Part shown: positions 1 to 9,982 of the stretch, piece after piece | How positions within the stretch are numbered: the first letter of the stretch is position 1 | Layout: the number at the start of each line of letters is the position of its first letter | Origin: Acidobacteriota bacterium | GTDB lineage: Bacteria; Acidobacteriota; Vicinamibacteria; Vicinamibacterales; SCN-69-37 | Reading direction: 5' to 3' | DNA length: 64,000 nucleotides | Assembly: GCA_039933635.1 (NCBI GenBank) | Contig: JBDTNQ010000002.1 | Location: forward strand, 41,560-105,559 | The notes under the pieces: model-generated | Told to the model about the DNA's origin: nothing | Databases searched by the model: none | What the model saw: the letters and a program-made list of their open reading frames with translations, nothing else | Translations under genes and position numbers: made by a program

Positions 1-360
1 CGCCGCCAGCTTCGCGAGTTCCGACGGCTGCAGCGAGAAAAGCTTGAAGGACAGCCACCGCTGCGTGCCGTTGATCCGGGGACTGAGGAACACCAAGAGG
101 AGCGAGACCGTCGTCAGGCCGATGAGCGTCCAGATGATGGCCGGGTTGCGCAGACGGTGATAGTCGAAGCGCATCGTCGCAAACAGCGCGATGAACCCGA
201 TCACGGCCCACGCCAGCTGCTTGTAGAGGAAGTAGTACGGATTCTGATGACGGTTCATGGCCTGCACCGACGAGGCGCTGTAGACCATGACCACGCTCGC
301 GCCCACGAGCAGCAGTGTCAGCACGAACAGCGTGCGATCGGATTTCAGCGTTCGTGCCAT
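1..360 (-). CDS. ftsW: SEDS-family cell division protein FtsW (N-terminal part; C-terminus lies outside the window)
   Basis: My reverse-complement translation from the ATG at 360 gives MARTLKSDRTLFVLTLLLVGASVVMVYSASS...FSLQPSELAKLA. This is a typical FtsW/RodA N-terminus. It sits downstream of murD in dcw order. Confidence 0.8.
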   Translation of the reverse strand, partial: MARTLKSDRTLFVLTLLLVGASVVMVYSASSVQAMNRHQNPYYFLYKQLAWAVIGFIALFATMRFDYHRLRNPAIIWTLIGLTTVSLLLVFLSPRINGTQRWLSFKLFSLQPSELAKLAA

Positions 361-438
361 GGCCCTAAAGCTCCCCGCCGCCGAGACCGAAACTGTTGGG
401 CGACATCATCACCGGCACCGCGCGGAGCGAGGTCGTGC

Positions 439-562
439 ATGAGCGGTCAACAGTCATCAGTCGGACTTGGACCAGGACACCGGCCTCACAGGCAGATTGC
501 CTATGTTCCCAGCGGCAGGCTCCTCGCCGCCGATTCCGAGCTGATGACTGTTGACCGCTCAT
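439..562. repeat. 22-bp perfect inverted repeat (arms 439-460 and 541-562) around an 80-nt spacer, in the murD-ftsW intergenic region
   Basis: The left arm atgagcggtcaacagtcatcag is the exact reverse complement of the right arm ctgatgactgttgaccgctcat. After a 1-nt bulge, imperfect pairing continues inward (tcgga / tccga). Confidence 0.9.
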
Positions 563-626
563 ACGTTGATCGCCGGGGCCCACGCGCCCACGATGCGCCT
601 TTCGCACTGCTTCCAGTTCGCCGCGA

Positions 627-2042
627 CTACCCCTTGCGCTGGCGCCCAACCGCCGCCGCGCCGTCTTTCCCGGCCGCCGTCCGCGTGTGCTCGGCCGCCA
701 GCGCCTTCACCTCGTCCACGAACGCCCGTCCCCGCGCGGCGTAGTCCGTGAACATGTCGAAGCTCGAACACGCCGGCGCCAGCACCACCGTGCCGCCGGG
801 TGTCGCCAGGCCGAAGGCCCGTCGGACGGCGTCGCGCATCGAGCCTGCGCGCGCCACCGGCACGACATCCTTCACGGCCGTCTCGATGCGATCGGCCGCT
901 TCACCAATGGCGACGACCGCCGTCGCGTGCGCGCGGAGCACTTCGTGCAAATCCGCGAAGTCGCCACCCTTGTAACGCCCGCCCATAATCGGCACGACAC
1001 CCTGCCCGAGACTTTCGATGGCGCGACGAGCCGAGACGACGTTCGTGGCTTTCGAGTCGTTCACGAACTCGACGCCGCCGATCTCCACGACACGCTGAAG
1101 GGCGTGCTCGAGACCCTCGAAGGACTCGACGGCGGTGCGTATGGCCGCCGGGGCCACGCCTGCCAGGCGCGCCACGGCCGAGGCCGCCAGCACGTCGGCC
1201 AGCAGGTGTCGTCCTGGCAGCTTCACGGCCGACACCGGCATCAATTCCGTCGAGCCCGTGGCGCCACGTTCGACGATGGTTCCGTCCTGCACCGTGATGC
1301 CGTTCGGCACCGCCGCCTGAAGCGCGAAGTCGAAGCGCTGCGCGCGGATTCCGCGGGCAAGCGCCAGCGACGCCGGATCGTCCGCGTTGATCACGGCCCA
1401 GTCGTCGGGCGTCTGATTCGCGAAGATGCGCGCCTTCGCACCCGCGTACTCGTCGAACGTCGCGTGCCGGTCGAGGTGATCCGGCGACAGGTTCACCAGC
1501 ACTGAAATCCACGGATGGAAGCGATCCGTCGTCTCCAGTTGAAAACTGCTGACCTCGACCACGTGGATGGCCTCGACGCGCGACGCGGCCACCTGCGTGC
1601 TGAGCGGCGTCCCGAGGTTGCCGCCAGCCGTCACGTCCAGGCCGCCAGCGGCCAGCATCCTCGCGGTCAACGTCGTCGTCGTGGATTTGCCCTTCGTGCC
1701 GGTAATGGCAACGACGCGACCCGTCAGCCAGCGCGAGGCGAGTTCGATTTCGCCTATGACCGGGACCCCTTTGCGCCGCGCGGCCTGCAACGCCGGTTGG
1801 TCGGGCGGCACGCCGGGACTGAGCACCACGAGATCGGCCTCGAGGAGCAACGACTCCCGGTGCGGGCCCAGTTCCACGTCCACGCCCAGGTCGCGGAGGT
1901 GATCCGCGCCCTCGAAAGCATCGGTACGGCTGTCGGTGAGCGTGACGTGCGCGCCGCGCTCGTACAGCAGTTCAGCCGCGGCCACACCACTCCGCGCTCC
2001 GCCCACGACCACGACTTCCTGCCCCGCCACGCTGAAGCTCAC
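627..2042 (-). CDS. murD: UDP-N-acetylmuramoylalanine--D-glutamate ligase
   Basis: N-terminal Rossmann motif VVVVGGARSGVAAAELL and Mur ligase P-loop ITGTKGKSTTTT. dcw synteny. GTG start at 2042. Confidence 0.92.
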   Translation of the reverse strand: MSFSVAGQEVVVVGGARSGVAAAELLYERGAHVTLTDSRTDAFEGADHLRDLGVDVELGPHRESLLLEADLVVLSPGVPPDQPALQAARRKGVPVIGEIELASRWLTGRVVAITGTKGKSTTTTLTARMLAAGGLDVTAGGNLGTPLSTQVAASRVEAIHVVEVSSFQLETTDRFHPWISVLVNLSPDHLDRHATFDEYAGAKARIFANQTPDDWAVINADDPASLALARGIRAQRFDFALQAAVPNGITVQDGTIVERGATGSTELMPVSAVKLPGRHLLADVLAASAVARLAGVAPAAIRTAVESFEGLEHALQRVVEIGGVEFVNDSKATNVVSARRAIESLGQGVVPIMGGRYKGGDFADLHEVLRAHATAVVAIGEAADRIETAVKDVVPVARAGSMRDAVRRAFGLATPGGTVVLAPACSSFDMFTDYAARGRAFVDEVKALAAEHTRTAAGKDGAAAVGRQRKG

Positions 2043-2046
2043 GTCA

Positions 2047-3138
2047 TCACCTCAGTTTCAGCGTCGTCAGGCTGAACAGCGCGCAGATGATCGACAGGAT
2101 CAGGAACCGAGTGATGATCTTGGGTTCCTGCCAGCCGATCAACTCGAAGTGGTGATGGATGGGCGACATCTTGAAGACGCGCCGACCCGTGAGTTTGAAA
2201 GACACCACCTGGATGATCACGGAGGCGGCCTCCATCACGAAGACGCCGCCGACGATCGGCAGCAGCAGCTCCTGCTTGATCAGGATCGCAACCGTTCCCA
2301 GGGCGCCACCAAGGCCGAGCGAACCCACGTCCCCCATGAAGACTTCGGCCGGATGCGCGTTCCACCAGAGGAAGCCGAGGCTCGCCCCGACCAGAGCGCC
2401 ACAGAAGATCGTCAGCTCACCCACGGGCTCGAAGTGCACGAGGAGCAGGTAGTCGGCGAACACGCGATGTCCGGTGATGTACGTCAGTGCCGTGAACGTC
2501 GCCGCGGACACAGAGAACGTGCTGATGGCGAGGCCGTCCAGGCCGTCAGTCAGGTTGACGGCATTGGTCATGTTGACGAGCACGACGACAGCAAAGAGCA
2601 CGTAGTAGACACCGAGGTCTGGAATGTACCGCTTGAAGAATGGCGGGATCAGCCGCGTGGTGTAGAGCGGCGGATCGTGTGCGGCCAGCATGAGCAGGGC
2701 GACACCCACACCCAACGCGACAACGACCTGCGACGCGAGCTTGTAGCGCGCGAACAGTCCGTGGTGACTGTGGCGCGTGACCTTCAGGTAGTCGTCCACG
2801 AACCCGATGGCGCCGAAGAGCGCCGTCGCGATGACGGCGATCCAGATGTAGACATTGGTGAGGTCGGCCCACAGCAATGTGGGAATGAAGACCGCCGCCA
2901 GAATCAGCAACCCGCCCATCGTCGGCGTTCCGGCCTTCGGTTTGTGGCTGGCCGGGCCGTCCTGCCGGACAACCTGTCCGATCTGAAACGCGCGCAGCCG
3001 TCGAATGAACCACGGACCGAGCAGCAGACTCAACGCGAGTGCGGTCAGACTCGCGGCCGCCGTACGGAACGTGATGTAGCGGACGACGTTCAACCCCGGC
3101 ACACGATCCGCGAGCGGGAGGAGGAAGTAGTACAGCAC
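2047..3138 (-). CDS. mraY: phospho-N-acetylmuramoyl-pentapeptide transferase
   Basis: Motifs [13 protein letters not shown] and VDDYLK, with a multi-TM profile. I trimmed the ORF (2047-3387) to the GTG at 3138, which gives VLYYFLLPL... and overlaps the murF stop by 1 nt. Confidence 0.9.
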   Translation of the reverse strand: MLYYFLLPLADRVPGLNVVRYITFRTAAASLTALALSLLLGPWFIRRLRAFQIGQVVRQDGPASHKPKAGTPTMGGLLILAAVFIPTLLWADLTNVYIWIAVIATALFGAIGFVDDYLKVTRHSHHGLFARYKLASQVVVALGVGVALLMLAAHDPPLYTTRLIPPFFKRYIPDLGVYYVLFAVVVLVNMTNAVNLTDGLDGLAISTFSVSAATFTALTYITGHRVFADYLLLVHFEPVGELTIFCGALVGASLGFLWWNAHPAEVFMGDVGSLGLGGALGTVAILIKQELLLPIVGGVFVMEAASVIIQVVSFKLTGRRVFKMSPIHHHFELIGWQEPKIITRFLILSIICALFSLTTLKLR

Positions 3139-4541
3139 TACGCCACCTCCCGCAGCCGATCGGCAACGAGGTCGGTCCGCGTGCCTCGCGATCCTTTGAT
3201 CACGACGAGGTCGCCAGGTCGCACGAGGGCCGCCACAGCAGGCGCCGCGCTCACGCTGTCGGCAAAACGGTGAACCCGGTCCGGAGACAACCCGCGCTCG
3301 ATGGCGCCGCGGGCCGCGGCGTCCGCGTCGGCGCCGCCAATCGTGATCAGCAGGTCGATACCGGCGTCGGCAGCGGCCTCGCCGCACGCGCGGTGCAGGG
3401 TCTGCGACTGGCCGCCCAGTTCGAGCATGTCGCCGAGGACGAAGATGCGGCGGCCGTCCACCTGTGTGGCCGCGAGTGTCGCAATTGCCGCCAGCACGGC
3501 GGCGGGACTGGCGTTGTAGGAGTCGTCGACCACCCGTGTGCCGTTCGACAGCCGCACAGTCGCCCCGCGGCGTGCCACCGGCCTCAGACTCGCCACCCGC
3601 GATCGAATCAGCGCGCGATCGACATCGAGTTCCACCGCGACGGCGACGGCCGCAAGCACGTTCTGCAGGTGTGCGCGGCCCGGCAGTGGCACCTCGAGAT
3701 GCAACGGTCCGGCGGACGTCTCGACCTCGGCCGACGTGCCATCGAAACCGCGATCGATCACGTCGGTTGCGCGAACGTCCGCGTCCGGCGCCTCACCAAA
3801 CGTCCTGGCGCGCAGGGACGACGCGCGCACGTGGCGCATCACGAGGGGATCGTCGGCGTTGGCCACAACCACGGTGCCGGGCACCGGCAGTTCGAGGATC
3901 TCCGCCTTCGCGGCGGCCACGGCGTCGCGGGATCCGAAGTAGCCGATGTGCGCGTCCCCCACGTTGGTCCAGACCCGCACATTCGGTTCCGCAATCCCGA
4001 CGAGCGTGCGGATTTCACCGGCGTGGTTCATGCCCAGCTCGACCACCGCGACGTCCGGTCCGTGCCGCAACTCGATCAGCGAGAGCGGAAGGCCAATGTG
4101 ATTGTTGAGATTGCCCCGATTCCTGAAGACGCGATAGCGCGTCTCGAGCAGATCCGCGGTGACTTCCTTGGTGGTGGTCTTGCCCGCGCTGCCGGTGATC
4201 GCCACCACGCACGCGCCTGACGCGCGACGAATGGCACGAGCCAGCGCCTGCAGCGCCACGAGCGTGTCCGGTACGACAATGACCGTGGCGTGCGCGCCAT
4301 CCTCGGGCGCCTCACTCACGAGCAACCCCGCGACGCCACCGGCGAGTGCCTGCGGGAGAAACGCGTGGGCATCGAAGCGATCGCCTTTGAGCGCGACGAA
4401 CAAGGCTCCCGGGACCAGCGCGCGTGTGTCGGTCGAGACGCCGTCGAACACCGTCGTCAGATCGCCCGACACGAGTCGTCCTCCGGTCGCATTCACGACC
4501 AGGGCGGCAGTTACGGCGACGGGGGTCACGGGGGCCGTCAC
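3138..4541 (-). CDS. murF: UDP-N-acetylmuramoyl-tripeptide--D-alanyl-D-alanine ligase
   Basis: P-loop [13 protein letters not shown] and an N-terminal DTR motif ([12 protein letters not shown]). ATGA overlap with the murE stop. Confidence 0.9.
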   Translation of the reverse strand: MTAPVTPVAVTAALVVNATGGRLVSGDLTTVFDGVSTDTRALVPGALFVALKGDRFDAHAFLPQALAGGVAGLLVSEAPEDGAHATVIVVPDTLVALQALARAIRRASGACVVAITGSAGKTTTKEVTADLLETRYRVFRNRGNLNNHIGLPLSLIELRHGPDVAVVELGMNHAGEIRTLVGIAEPNVRVWTNVGDAHIGYFGSRDAVAAAKAEILELPVPGTVVVANADDPLVMRHVRASSLRARTFGEAPDADVRATDVIDRGFDGTSAEVETSAGPLHLEVPLPGRAHLQNVLAAVAVAVELDVDRALIRSRVASLRPVARRGATVRLSNGTRVVDDSYNASPAAVLAAIATLAATQVDGRRIFVLGDMLELGGQSQTLHRACGEAAADAGIDLLITIGGADADAAARGAIERGLSPDRVHRFADSVSAAPAVAALVRPGDLVVIKGSRGTRTDLVADRLREVA

Positions 4542-6058
4542 ACTTTCGATGCTGCGCGGCGCTGACCGAGCGCGGTGCGCGCGACGTCAACGTCGCTGAA
4601 CGGCAACGTGCGATCGCCGATGACCTGATAGGTCTCGTGGCCCTTGCCGGCCAGCAGCACAAGGTCACCAGGCGTGGCGGAACGAATCGCGTGCTCGATC
4701 GCCCGGCGGCGATCCAGCTCCACGACAAATGGGGTCCCGTGGCGCTTCGGCGCGCCGGGCTCGGGTGTGGGCGACAGCCCGCGGATGATCTCGTCAGCGA
4801 TGCGCTTCGGATCCTCCGAACGGGGGTTGTCCGAGGTCAGCACCACCAGATCGCTGAGGCGGCCTGCCACCGCGCCCATCAAGGGGCGCTTCGATCGATC
4901 GCGATCGCCGCCGCAGCCAAACACCGTGATCAGCCGGCCGGCAACCAGCGGCCGCGCGGTTTCCAGCAGGTTCTTCAGTGCGTCGTCCGTATGCGCATAG
5001 TCCACGACCACACGCACGTCGTCCGCCGCGCTCGAGACGAGTTGGAAACGGCCCGGCACCTGTTCGAGCGCCGCAATGCCGCGTTCGATGGCGTCGGTTG
5101 GCAGGTCGAGGGCGACGCCCGTCGCGACGACGCCAAGAATATTGAAGACGTTGGGCCGGCCGACCAGCGAGGAGCGGATGGCCAGCACACCCCGTGGCGT
5201 CTCGATGCTGAACGCCAGGCCTTCCAGCGTGTAGTCGATGCGCGTTGCTCGGACGTCCGCTTTGCGATCGATGGCGAACGTGATCGCCCGCGGCAGGCTG
5301 GCCGCCAGTTCCACGCCACGCGGATCGTCCACGTTCACGATGGCGGGCGCCCCGGGTGGCAGCATCTCGAACAGTCGCCGCTTGGCGGCGAAGTACTGCT
5401 GCATGTCGCCGTGAAAATCGAGGTGGTCGCGGGTGAGGTTCGTGAAGATCGCCGCGGCGAACCTGAGGTAGTCCACCCGGTGCAGCGCCAGGGCGTGCGA
5501 CGAGACCTCCATCGCGCAGGCCTCGCAGCCCTTCGTGCGCATCTCCCGAAGCAGCCGTTGGACTTCCGACGCTTCGGGCGTCGTGTGAGAGGCGTCGCGT
5601 TCATCGGCCGCCGAAGGGCCGACGCGGAAGGTGACCGTGCCGAGCCGGCCGCACGGCATGCCCGCCGCATCGAACATGGCCGCCAGCAGATAGGTCGTGG
5701 TCGTCTTGCCGTTGGTGCCGGTCACCCCCACGAGCGTGAGCTCGCGACTCGGGTGGCCATGGTAGAGGGCCGCCAACTCGGCAAGCGCGACGCGGGCGTC
5801 AGCGGTGACGAGCCAGGGGACCTCCACGTCGGGCGGCGCGGCGGATTCCGAAACGATGGCCATCGCGCCGCGGGCGATGGCATCCGCGGCGAAGGCCGCC
5901 CCGTCCGCGCGTCGGCCCGGAATCGCCACGAACACGGCTCCGCGCGACACGGCGCGCGAGTCGTGCACCACACCCGTCACGGTGGCGCCGCCGTCGTCGA
6001 CGCGAAGCGCATCGGACGACACGGTGCGCGCGCCCGAGACGAGCTCTGTCAGCGTCAT
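4538..6058 (-). CDS. murE: UDP-N-acetylmuramoyl-L-alanyl-D-glutamate--2,6-diaminopimelate ligase
   Basis: VGVTGTNGKTTTTYLL, plus the DNPR motif (LTSDNPRSEDP) typical of meso-DAP-adding MurE. Start trimmed to the ATG at 6058, which forms an ATGA overlap with the ftsI stop. Confidence 0.9.
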   Translation of the reverse strand: MTLTELVSGARTVSSDALRVDDGGATVTGVVHDSRAVSRGAVFVAIPGRRADGAAFAADAIARGAMAIVSESAAPPDVEVPWLVTADARVALAELAALYHGHPSRELTLVGVTGTNGKTTTTYLLAAMFDAAGMPCGRLGTVTFRVGPSAADERDASHTTPEASEVQRLLREMRTKGCEACAMEVSSHALALHRVDYLRFAAAIFTNLTRDHLDFHGDMQQYFAAKRRLFEMLPPGAPAIVNVDDPRGVELAASLPRAITFAIDRKADVRATRIDYTLEGLAFSIETPRGVLAIRSSLVGRPNVFNILGVVATGVALDLPTDAIERGIAALEQVPGRFQLVSSAADDVRVVVDYAHTDDALKNLLETARPLVAGRLITVFGCGGDRDRSKRPLMGAVAGRLSDLVVLTSDNPRSEDPKRIADEIIRGLSPTPEPGAPKRHGTPFVVELDRRRAIEHAIRSATPGDLVLLAGKGHETYQVIGDRTLPFSDVDVARTALGQRRAASKV

Positions 6059-8202
6059 TGACGCGTCTCCGGCGGGGCGGCCGGCTGAACACGCTGCAGC
6101 TCGATCGACGCCCAACCGCCCGGTTCAACGGGCGTTCCGGGCTCCGGCGATTGGCGGACTACGACGCCTGAACCGTTGACGCGCGCGGTCAGGCCGACAC
6201 CGCTGATATCGCGCAGGGCCTGTCGGCTGCTGATACCGCGGAGGTCGGGCATGAGTGTTGGCCCGCTCGCCGGCACGACCTGCGCCGCGGGACCGTCGAA
6301 GCGCACAACTCTGATCGCGGGCGACATCGGCGTCGGCGCCGGCTCGCGTGGCACGAGGACGGGCGGCGTGGGATTCACCGGCGAGGGTACTCCCGCGTAC
6401 TGGAGGGCGCCTTCGGCAATGCGCTTGAAGATGGGCGCCGAAACGGTGCCCCCGTAGTAGGTGCCGGCGCGGGGCGTGTCGATGACCACGAGGATCGTGA
6501 ACTTCGGCCGGCGCGACGGGACAAAGCCGACGAACGACGCGTTGTAATCGGTCTGCGAGTAGTGACCGTCGACGATGCGGTGCGCCGTGCCCGTCTTGCC
6601 GGCCACCGGGTAGCCGGCGATCTGCGCCGGCGTCGCGGTTCCCCGATCGACGACGCCTTCCATCATGCTCACGAGCATCGCGGCGGTGTCCGCCTCGATG
6701 GCCCGGTTGAGCACCTTGGGCGCGACCACTTCACGCACGCCGTTCCGCACGAGCGCGCGAACGACGTGAGGTTGCATCAAAAGGCCGCCGTTGGCGACCG
6801 CGCTGACCGCCGTCGCCATCTGCAGCGGGGTCACGCTGACCTGATATCCCATCGACACCGACGCCAGTCCGCTTTCCGAGAGGTTGTTCGCGTTCCAGAG
6901 ACCGCGACTGCCTCCTGGCAGATCCGGTGCAAGCAACTGGCCAAAGCCAAACAGCTTCACGTAGCGCGTCATCCGCTCGGCGCCCGTGCGCAGGCCGACC
7001 TTCACTGCGCCAACATTGCTCGACTTGATGATCACATCTTCAAAGGGCAGCACCCCGTAGTGATGCGTGTCGAAAATCGGGCGGCTGCGGCCGTAGGGAC
7101 GGATGGAGCCGGGATTGGTGTCGATGAGCTCCCACGGCGTCACGATCTTGCCTTCGAGGGCCGCCGATGCGGTCACGATCTTGAACGTTGAGCCGGGTTC
7201 GTAGACGTCGGCAATCGCCCGATTCCGAAGCTGGTCGTCGGTGGCCCGTCCTACCGCGTTCGGATTGAACGTCGGATAGTTCGCCATGGCCAGGATCTCG
7301 CCGGTGTACGGGTCCATGACGATGGCGGTGCCGCCTCGGGCGCGATTGGCCTCGACGCCGGCCTTCAGTTCACGCTCAACGAGAAACTGGAGCTGTGTGT
7401 CGATGGTGAGTTCGAGCGTGGCGCCGACGACCGGCTCACGTTCGACGCGCGTCTCGAGACGCTGCCGCCGCGCATCGACCTGGATGTAGGCGAGCCCCTC
7501 CGCGCCCTTGACCGCTTCGTTGAACGAGTACTCGACGCCAGCCTGGCCGCTGTTGTCCTGTCCGACGTAGCCGAGCACGTGCACGCCAGTCTCGGCGTTC
7601 GGGTAGTACCGGCGTGTGTCGCTGTTCAGGTAGACGCCGGGCAGCTTCAAGGCGGTTACCCGGACGATCTGCTCGGGCACGAGGCTCCGGGAACGACGGA
7701 TGTAGGTGAACTGTCCCTTGCCGGACAGCTTCCGCTCGAGGTCCTGACGATCCTTCGGCGTGCAGTCGCGCAAAGCCGCACACAGCGCCGCCGCGGTCTT
7801 GGGCGCACTCTCGACGTGGCTCGGATCCGCCACAATGGAATCGGCCTGCACCGAATAGGCGAGAACCTTGCCATTGCGGTCGCGGATGTCTCCGCGCAAG
7901 GCTTCCAGCTTGATCTGGGACGACTGCTGAGCCACGGCCTCGGCCAGCAGCGCATCGTGTTGAAACACCTGGAGCCGCACCAAGCGAGCTTCGAGCACGG
8001 CGGCCCAGAGTCCGATGAGCGCCAGCGCACACAGCGCCCGCCTCTTCACGACCGCGCGCCACACGCCCTCGAATGCCAGATCTGACCGGTCGGCCGGGTC
8101 GAACAGATCGGAGATGCTGGACTGCAGCGCACGGAAGAGCGATATGAGCGTGGACGCACGCCGATGGTCACCGCGAGGACGAGGGCCCCAGAGCGTCGGC
8201 AT
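6055..8202 (-). CDS. ftsI: class B penicillin-binding protein / peptidoglycan D,D-transpeptidase FtsI, with a C-terminal PASTA-like domain
   Basis: Transpeptidase motifs STFK, SSN and KTGT. N-terminal TM segment LCALALIGLWAAVL. The C-terminal ~68 aa (PDLRGISSRQALRDISGVGLTARVNGSGVVVRQSPEPGTPV) looks like a PASTA domain. Confidence 0.9.
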   Translation of the reverse strand: MPTLWGPRPRGDHRRASTLISLFRALQSSISDLFDPADRSDLAFEGVWRAVVKRRALCALALIGLWAAVLEARLVRLQVFQHDALLAEAVAQQSSQIKLEALRGDIRDRNGKVLAYSVQADSIVADPSHVESAPKTAAALCAALRDCTPKDRQDLERKLSGKGQFTYIRRSRSLVPEQIVRVTALKLPGVYLNSDTRRYYPNAETGVHVLGYVGQDNSGQAGVEYSFNEAVKGAEGLAYIQVDARRQRLETRVEREPVVGATLELTIDTQLQFLVERELKAGVEANRARGGTAIVMDPYTGEILAMANYPTFNPNAVGRATDDQLRNRAIADVYEPGSTFKIVTASAALEGKIVTPWELIDTNPGSIRPYGRSRPIFDTHHYGVLPFEDVIIKSSNVGAVKVGLRTGAERMTRYVKLFGFGQLLAPDLPGGSRGLWNANNLSESGLASVSMGYQVSVTPLQMATAVSAVANGGLLMQPHVVRALVRNGVREVVAPKVLNRAIEADTAAMLVSMMEGVVDRGTATPAQIAGYPVAGKTGTAHRIVDGHYSQTDYNASFVGFVPSRRPKFTILVVIDTPRAGTYYGGTVSAPIFKRIAEGALQYAGVPSPVNPTPPVLVPREPAPTPMSPAIRVVRFDGPAAQVVPASGPTLMPDLRGISSRQALRDISGVGLTARVNGSGVVVRQSPEPGTPVEPGGWASIELQRVQPAAPPETRQ

Positions 8203-8211
8203 TGGTATCCC

Positions 8212-8598
8212 TTACTGCGCGCGGGCGACGAGCGCGCCTGACGGCGATGTCTCGTAGGCCCGCTCGATGATCAGTGTTTCCGCCAGCGTCGGCCGGCGCA
8301 GGCCCATCTGCAGCGCACGGCGCTCGATGACCTTCGAGGATTGCAGGGTGTCGACGTTCAGGCGCAGTTGCCGGTTCTTCGAGATCTCGTCCTCGCGCGA
8401 AGCACGCAGGCGCTCGATCTGATAGCCCGTCAGCTCGAGGTTGCTGCGCTGCCAGACCGAGAACAGCAGCATCGCAACCGTGACGATACCGAGGATGAGG
8501 GTGCGCCGGAGTTCGCGGCCATGGCGAGCGTCCGTTTCGCGGACGACCGGGTTGTTCCTGACATCCGTCCTGATGGCGTACTCAAGATCGATACTCAT
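8212..8598 (-). CDS. ftsL: cell division protein FtsL-like (single TM plus coiled coil)
   Basis: 128 aa from the ATG at 8598, which forms an ATGA overlap with the rsmH stop. TM segment LILGIVTVAMLLFSVW followed by a heptad-like region. Located between rsmH and ftsI. Confidence 0.7.
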   Translation of the reverse strand: MSIDLEYAIRTDVRNNPVVRETDARHGRELRRTLILGIVTVAMLLFSVWQRSNLELTGYQIERLRASREDEISKNRQLRLNVDTLQSSKVIERRALQMGLRRPTLAETLIIERAYETSPSGALVARAQ

Positions 8599-9497
8599 GC
8601 CACCCTCTCCAGCACACGTAGATGCGCGCTTCGCGCGCGCGGGTTCCTGGCGCTCTCGTCGTCGCCCGGCGACACCGGACGCTTGGTCAGCACGCGAAAT
8701 CGGCTCGCGTCCGTCCCGAGCGCACGGAACCGATGCTTCACCTGGCGATCTTCCAGCGAGTGAAACGCGATGACCGCCAGACGCCCCCCGGGAGCCAGAC
8801 ACGCCGGGGCGGTCTCGAGGAACGTTTCCAGACCGGCCAGCTCGTCGTTCACCCAGATCCGCAACGCCTGAAACGTGCGCGTGGCCGGATCGATCCGCTG
8901 CCACGTGCCACCGCCTGCCGCCCGTCGAACCACCGTCGCGAGCGATCCGGTATCCACCAGCTCGCCGCGATCCCTGGCGGCGACGATGGCGCGCGCGATA
9001 CGCCGCGAGTGCCGCTCGTCGCCAAACTTCCAGATGACGTCCGCCAGATCGCCGTCACCCACCTCGTCGAGCCGTTCCGCCAGCGTCTGGCCGCCCGTCC
9101 GGTCCATGCGCATGTCGAGCGGTCCGGCCTGCCGGAAACTGAACCCGCGCGACGGTTCGTCCAACTGCATCGACGACACACCCAGGTCGACGACCATGCC
9201 GTCGACAGCCTCGAACTGTTGTGCCGCGAGCACCGCCGCCACGTGGCGGTAGTCGTCGTGCACGAAGGTCACGCGGTCGGCGAGGCTCGAGAGCCGACGA
9301 CGCGCGTGCTCGAGCGCGTCCGCGTCGCGATCGATCGCCACGACCCGCCCAGCACCGGCCTCGAGTAACGCCGCCGTGTGCCCGCCGAGCCCGAGCGTTC
9401 CGTCGACGTAAACCCCGTCGTGCCGCGGCGCAAGCCACGAGACGACCTCCGCAGCCAGGACCGGCTCGTGAACAGGCTCAGATGCCAAAGTCCGCAA
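8595..9497 (-). CDS. rsmH: 16S rRNA (cytosine1402-N4)-methyltransferase
   Basis: HEPVLAAEV and DGTLGLGGH motifs. dcw position after mraZ. Confidence 0.92.
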   Translation of the reverse strand: MRTLASEPVHEPVLAAEVVSWLAPRHDGVYVDGTLGLGGHTAALLEAGAGRVVAIDRDADALEHARRRLSSLADRVTFVHDDYRHVAAVLAAQQFEAVDGMVVDLGVSSMQLDEPSRGFSFRQAGPLDMRMDRTGGQTLAERLDEVGDGDLADVIWKFGDERHSRRIARAIVAARDRGELVDTGSLATVVRRAAGGGTWQRIDPATRTFQALRIWVNDELAGLETFLETAPACLAPGGRLAVIAFHSLEDRQVKHRFRALGTDASRFRVLTKRPVSPGDDESARNPRARSAHLRVLERVA

Positions 9498-9918
9498 GCG
9501 CGCGGGCGTCGTCGTCGCTGAACGGTTCGCGCTGCAGCTTCGCCAGGAACCGGTCGTGATTCCACACTTCGAGAAAATCCACTTGCCCGAGCACGTCCAC
9601 GTCGCCGATCATTCCGGCAGACTCACGGAGCCGGGCCGGGATGAGCACGCGGCCCTGCGAGTCGAAGTCCAGGGCCTGGCCGTAGTAGTTGACGCGGTCG
9701 AGAAACTTGGTCCGGGCCGGATGCGAGCTGGGCATGCGGCTCAGCCGTTGTTCGACCCCGAGCCAGACGGGCATGGGATACACACGAACGGAGTCGCCGG
9801 AGATGCTGGTCAGGTACAGAGCCGCGCCATGCTGCTCTTCCACGAACGCTTTGAAGGCGGTCGGGAGCTTGAGCCGCCCTTTGTCATCAATCTTGGCGGG
9901 GTAGCTGCCGCGAAGCAC
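9478..9918 (-). CDS. mraZ: division/cell wall cluster transcriptional regulator MraZ
   Basis: 146 aa with two DxxxR SpoVT/AbrB-like repeats (DDKGRLKLP and DSQGRVLIP). GTG start at 9918 preceded by GGAG. Confidence 0.92.
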   Translation of the reverse strand: MLRGSYPAKIDDKGRLKLPTAFKAFVEEQHGAALYLTSISGDSVRVYPMPVWLGVEQRLSRMPSSHPARTKFLDRVNYYGQALDFDSQGRVLIPARLRESAGMIGDVDVLGQVDFLEVWNHDRFLAKLQREPFSDDDARALADFGI

Positions 9919-9953
9919 GTTTACTCCACTCTGGTCCAGAAAACTCCACCGCG

Positions 9954-9982
9954 ATGGTAGAGGTACCCTCGGGGACTGTCAA
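9954..9982 (-). promoter_or_regulatory. candidate sigma70-type promoter of the dcw operon (P_mraZ)
   Basis: On the minus strand: TTGACA (9982-9977), an exact 17-nt spacer, then TACCAT (9959-9954). Predicted TSS near 9947, about 29 nt upstream of the mraZ GTG. Confidence 0.5.

Noticed and set aside
439-562. Interpreting the inverted-repeat element in the murD-ftsW spacer as a MITE or transposon remnant
   Set aside because: I see no target-site duplication flanking the arms, no second copy in the 64 kb, and no transposase. It is kept only as an inverted repeat/hairpin finding, not called as a mobile element.
2047-3387. N-terminally extended versions of real genes in the ORF track: mraY from 3387, murE from 6115, ftsL from 8904, and ORFs starting at 13871, 14344, 16077, 22614, 24008, 27570, 33833, 39788, 41487, 44429, 45667, 48298, 56715
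   Set aside because: The extensions overlap the upstream gene in another frame and are Arg/Pro-rich. They precede an internal ATG/GTG that forms an ATGA/GTGA/TGATG junction with the upstream stop and yields a canonical family N-terminus. I used the shorter coordinates.
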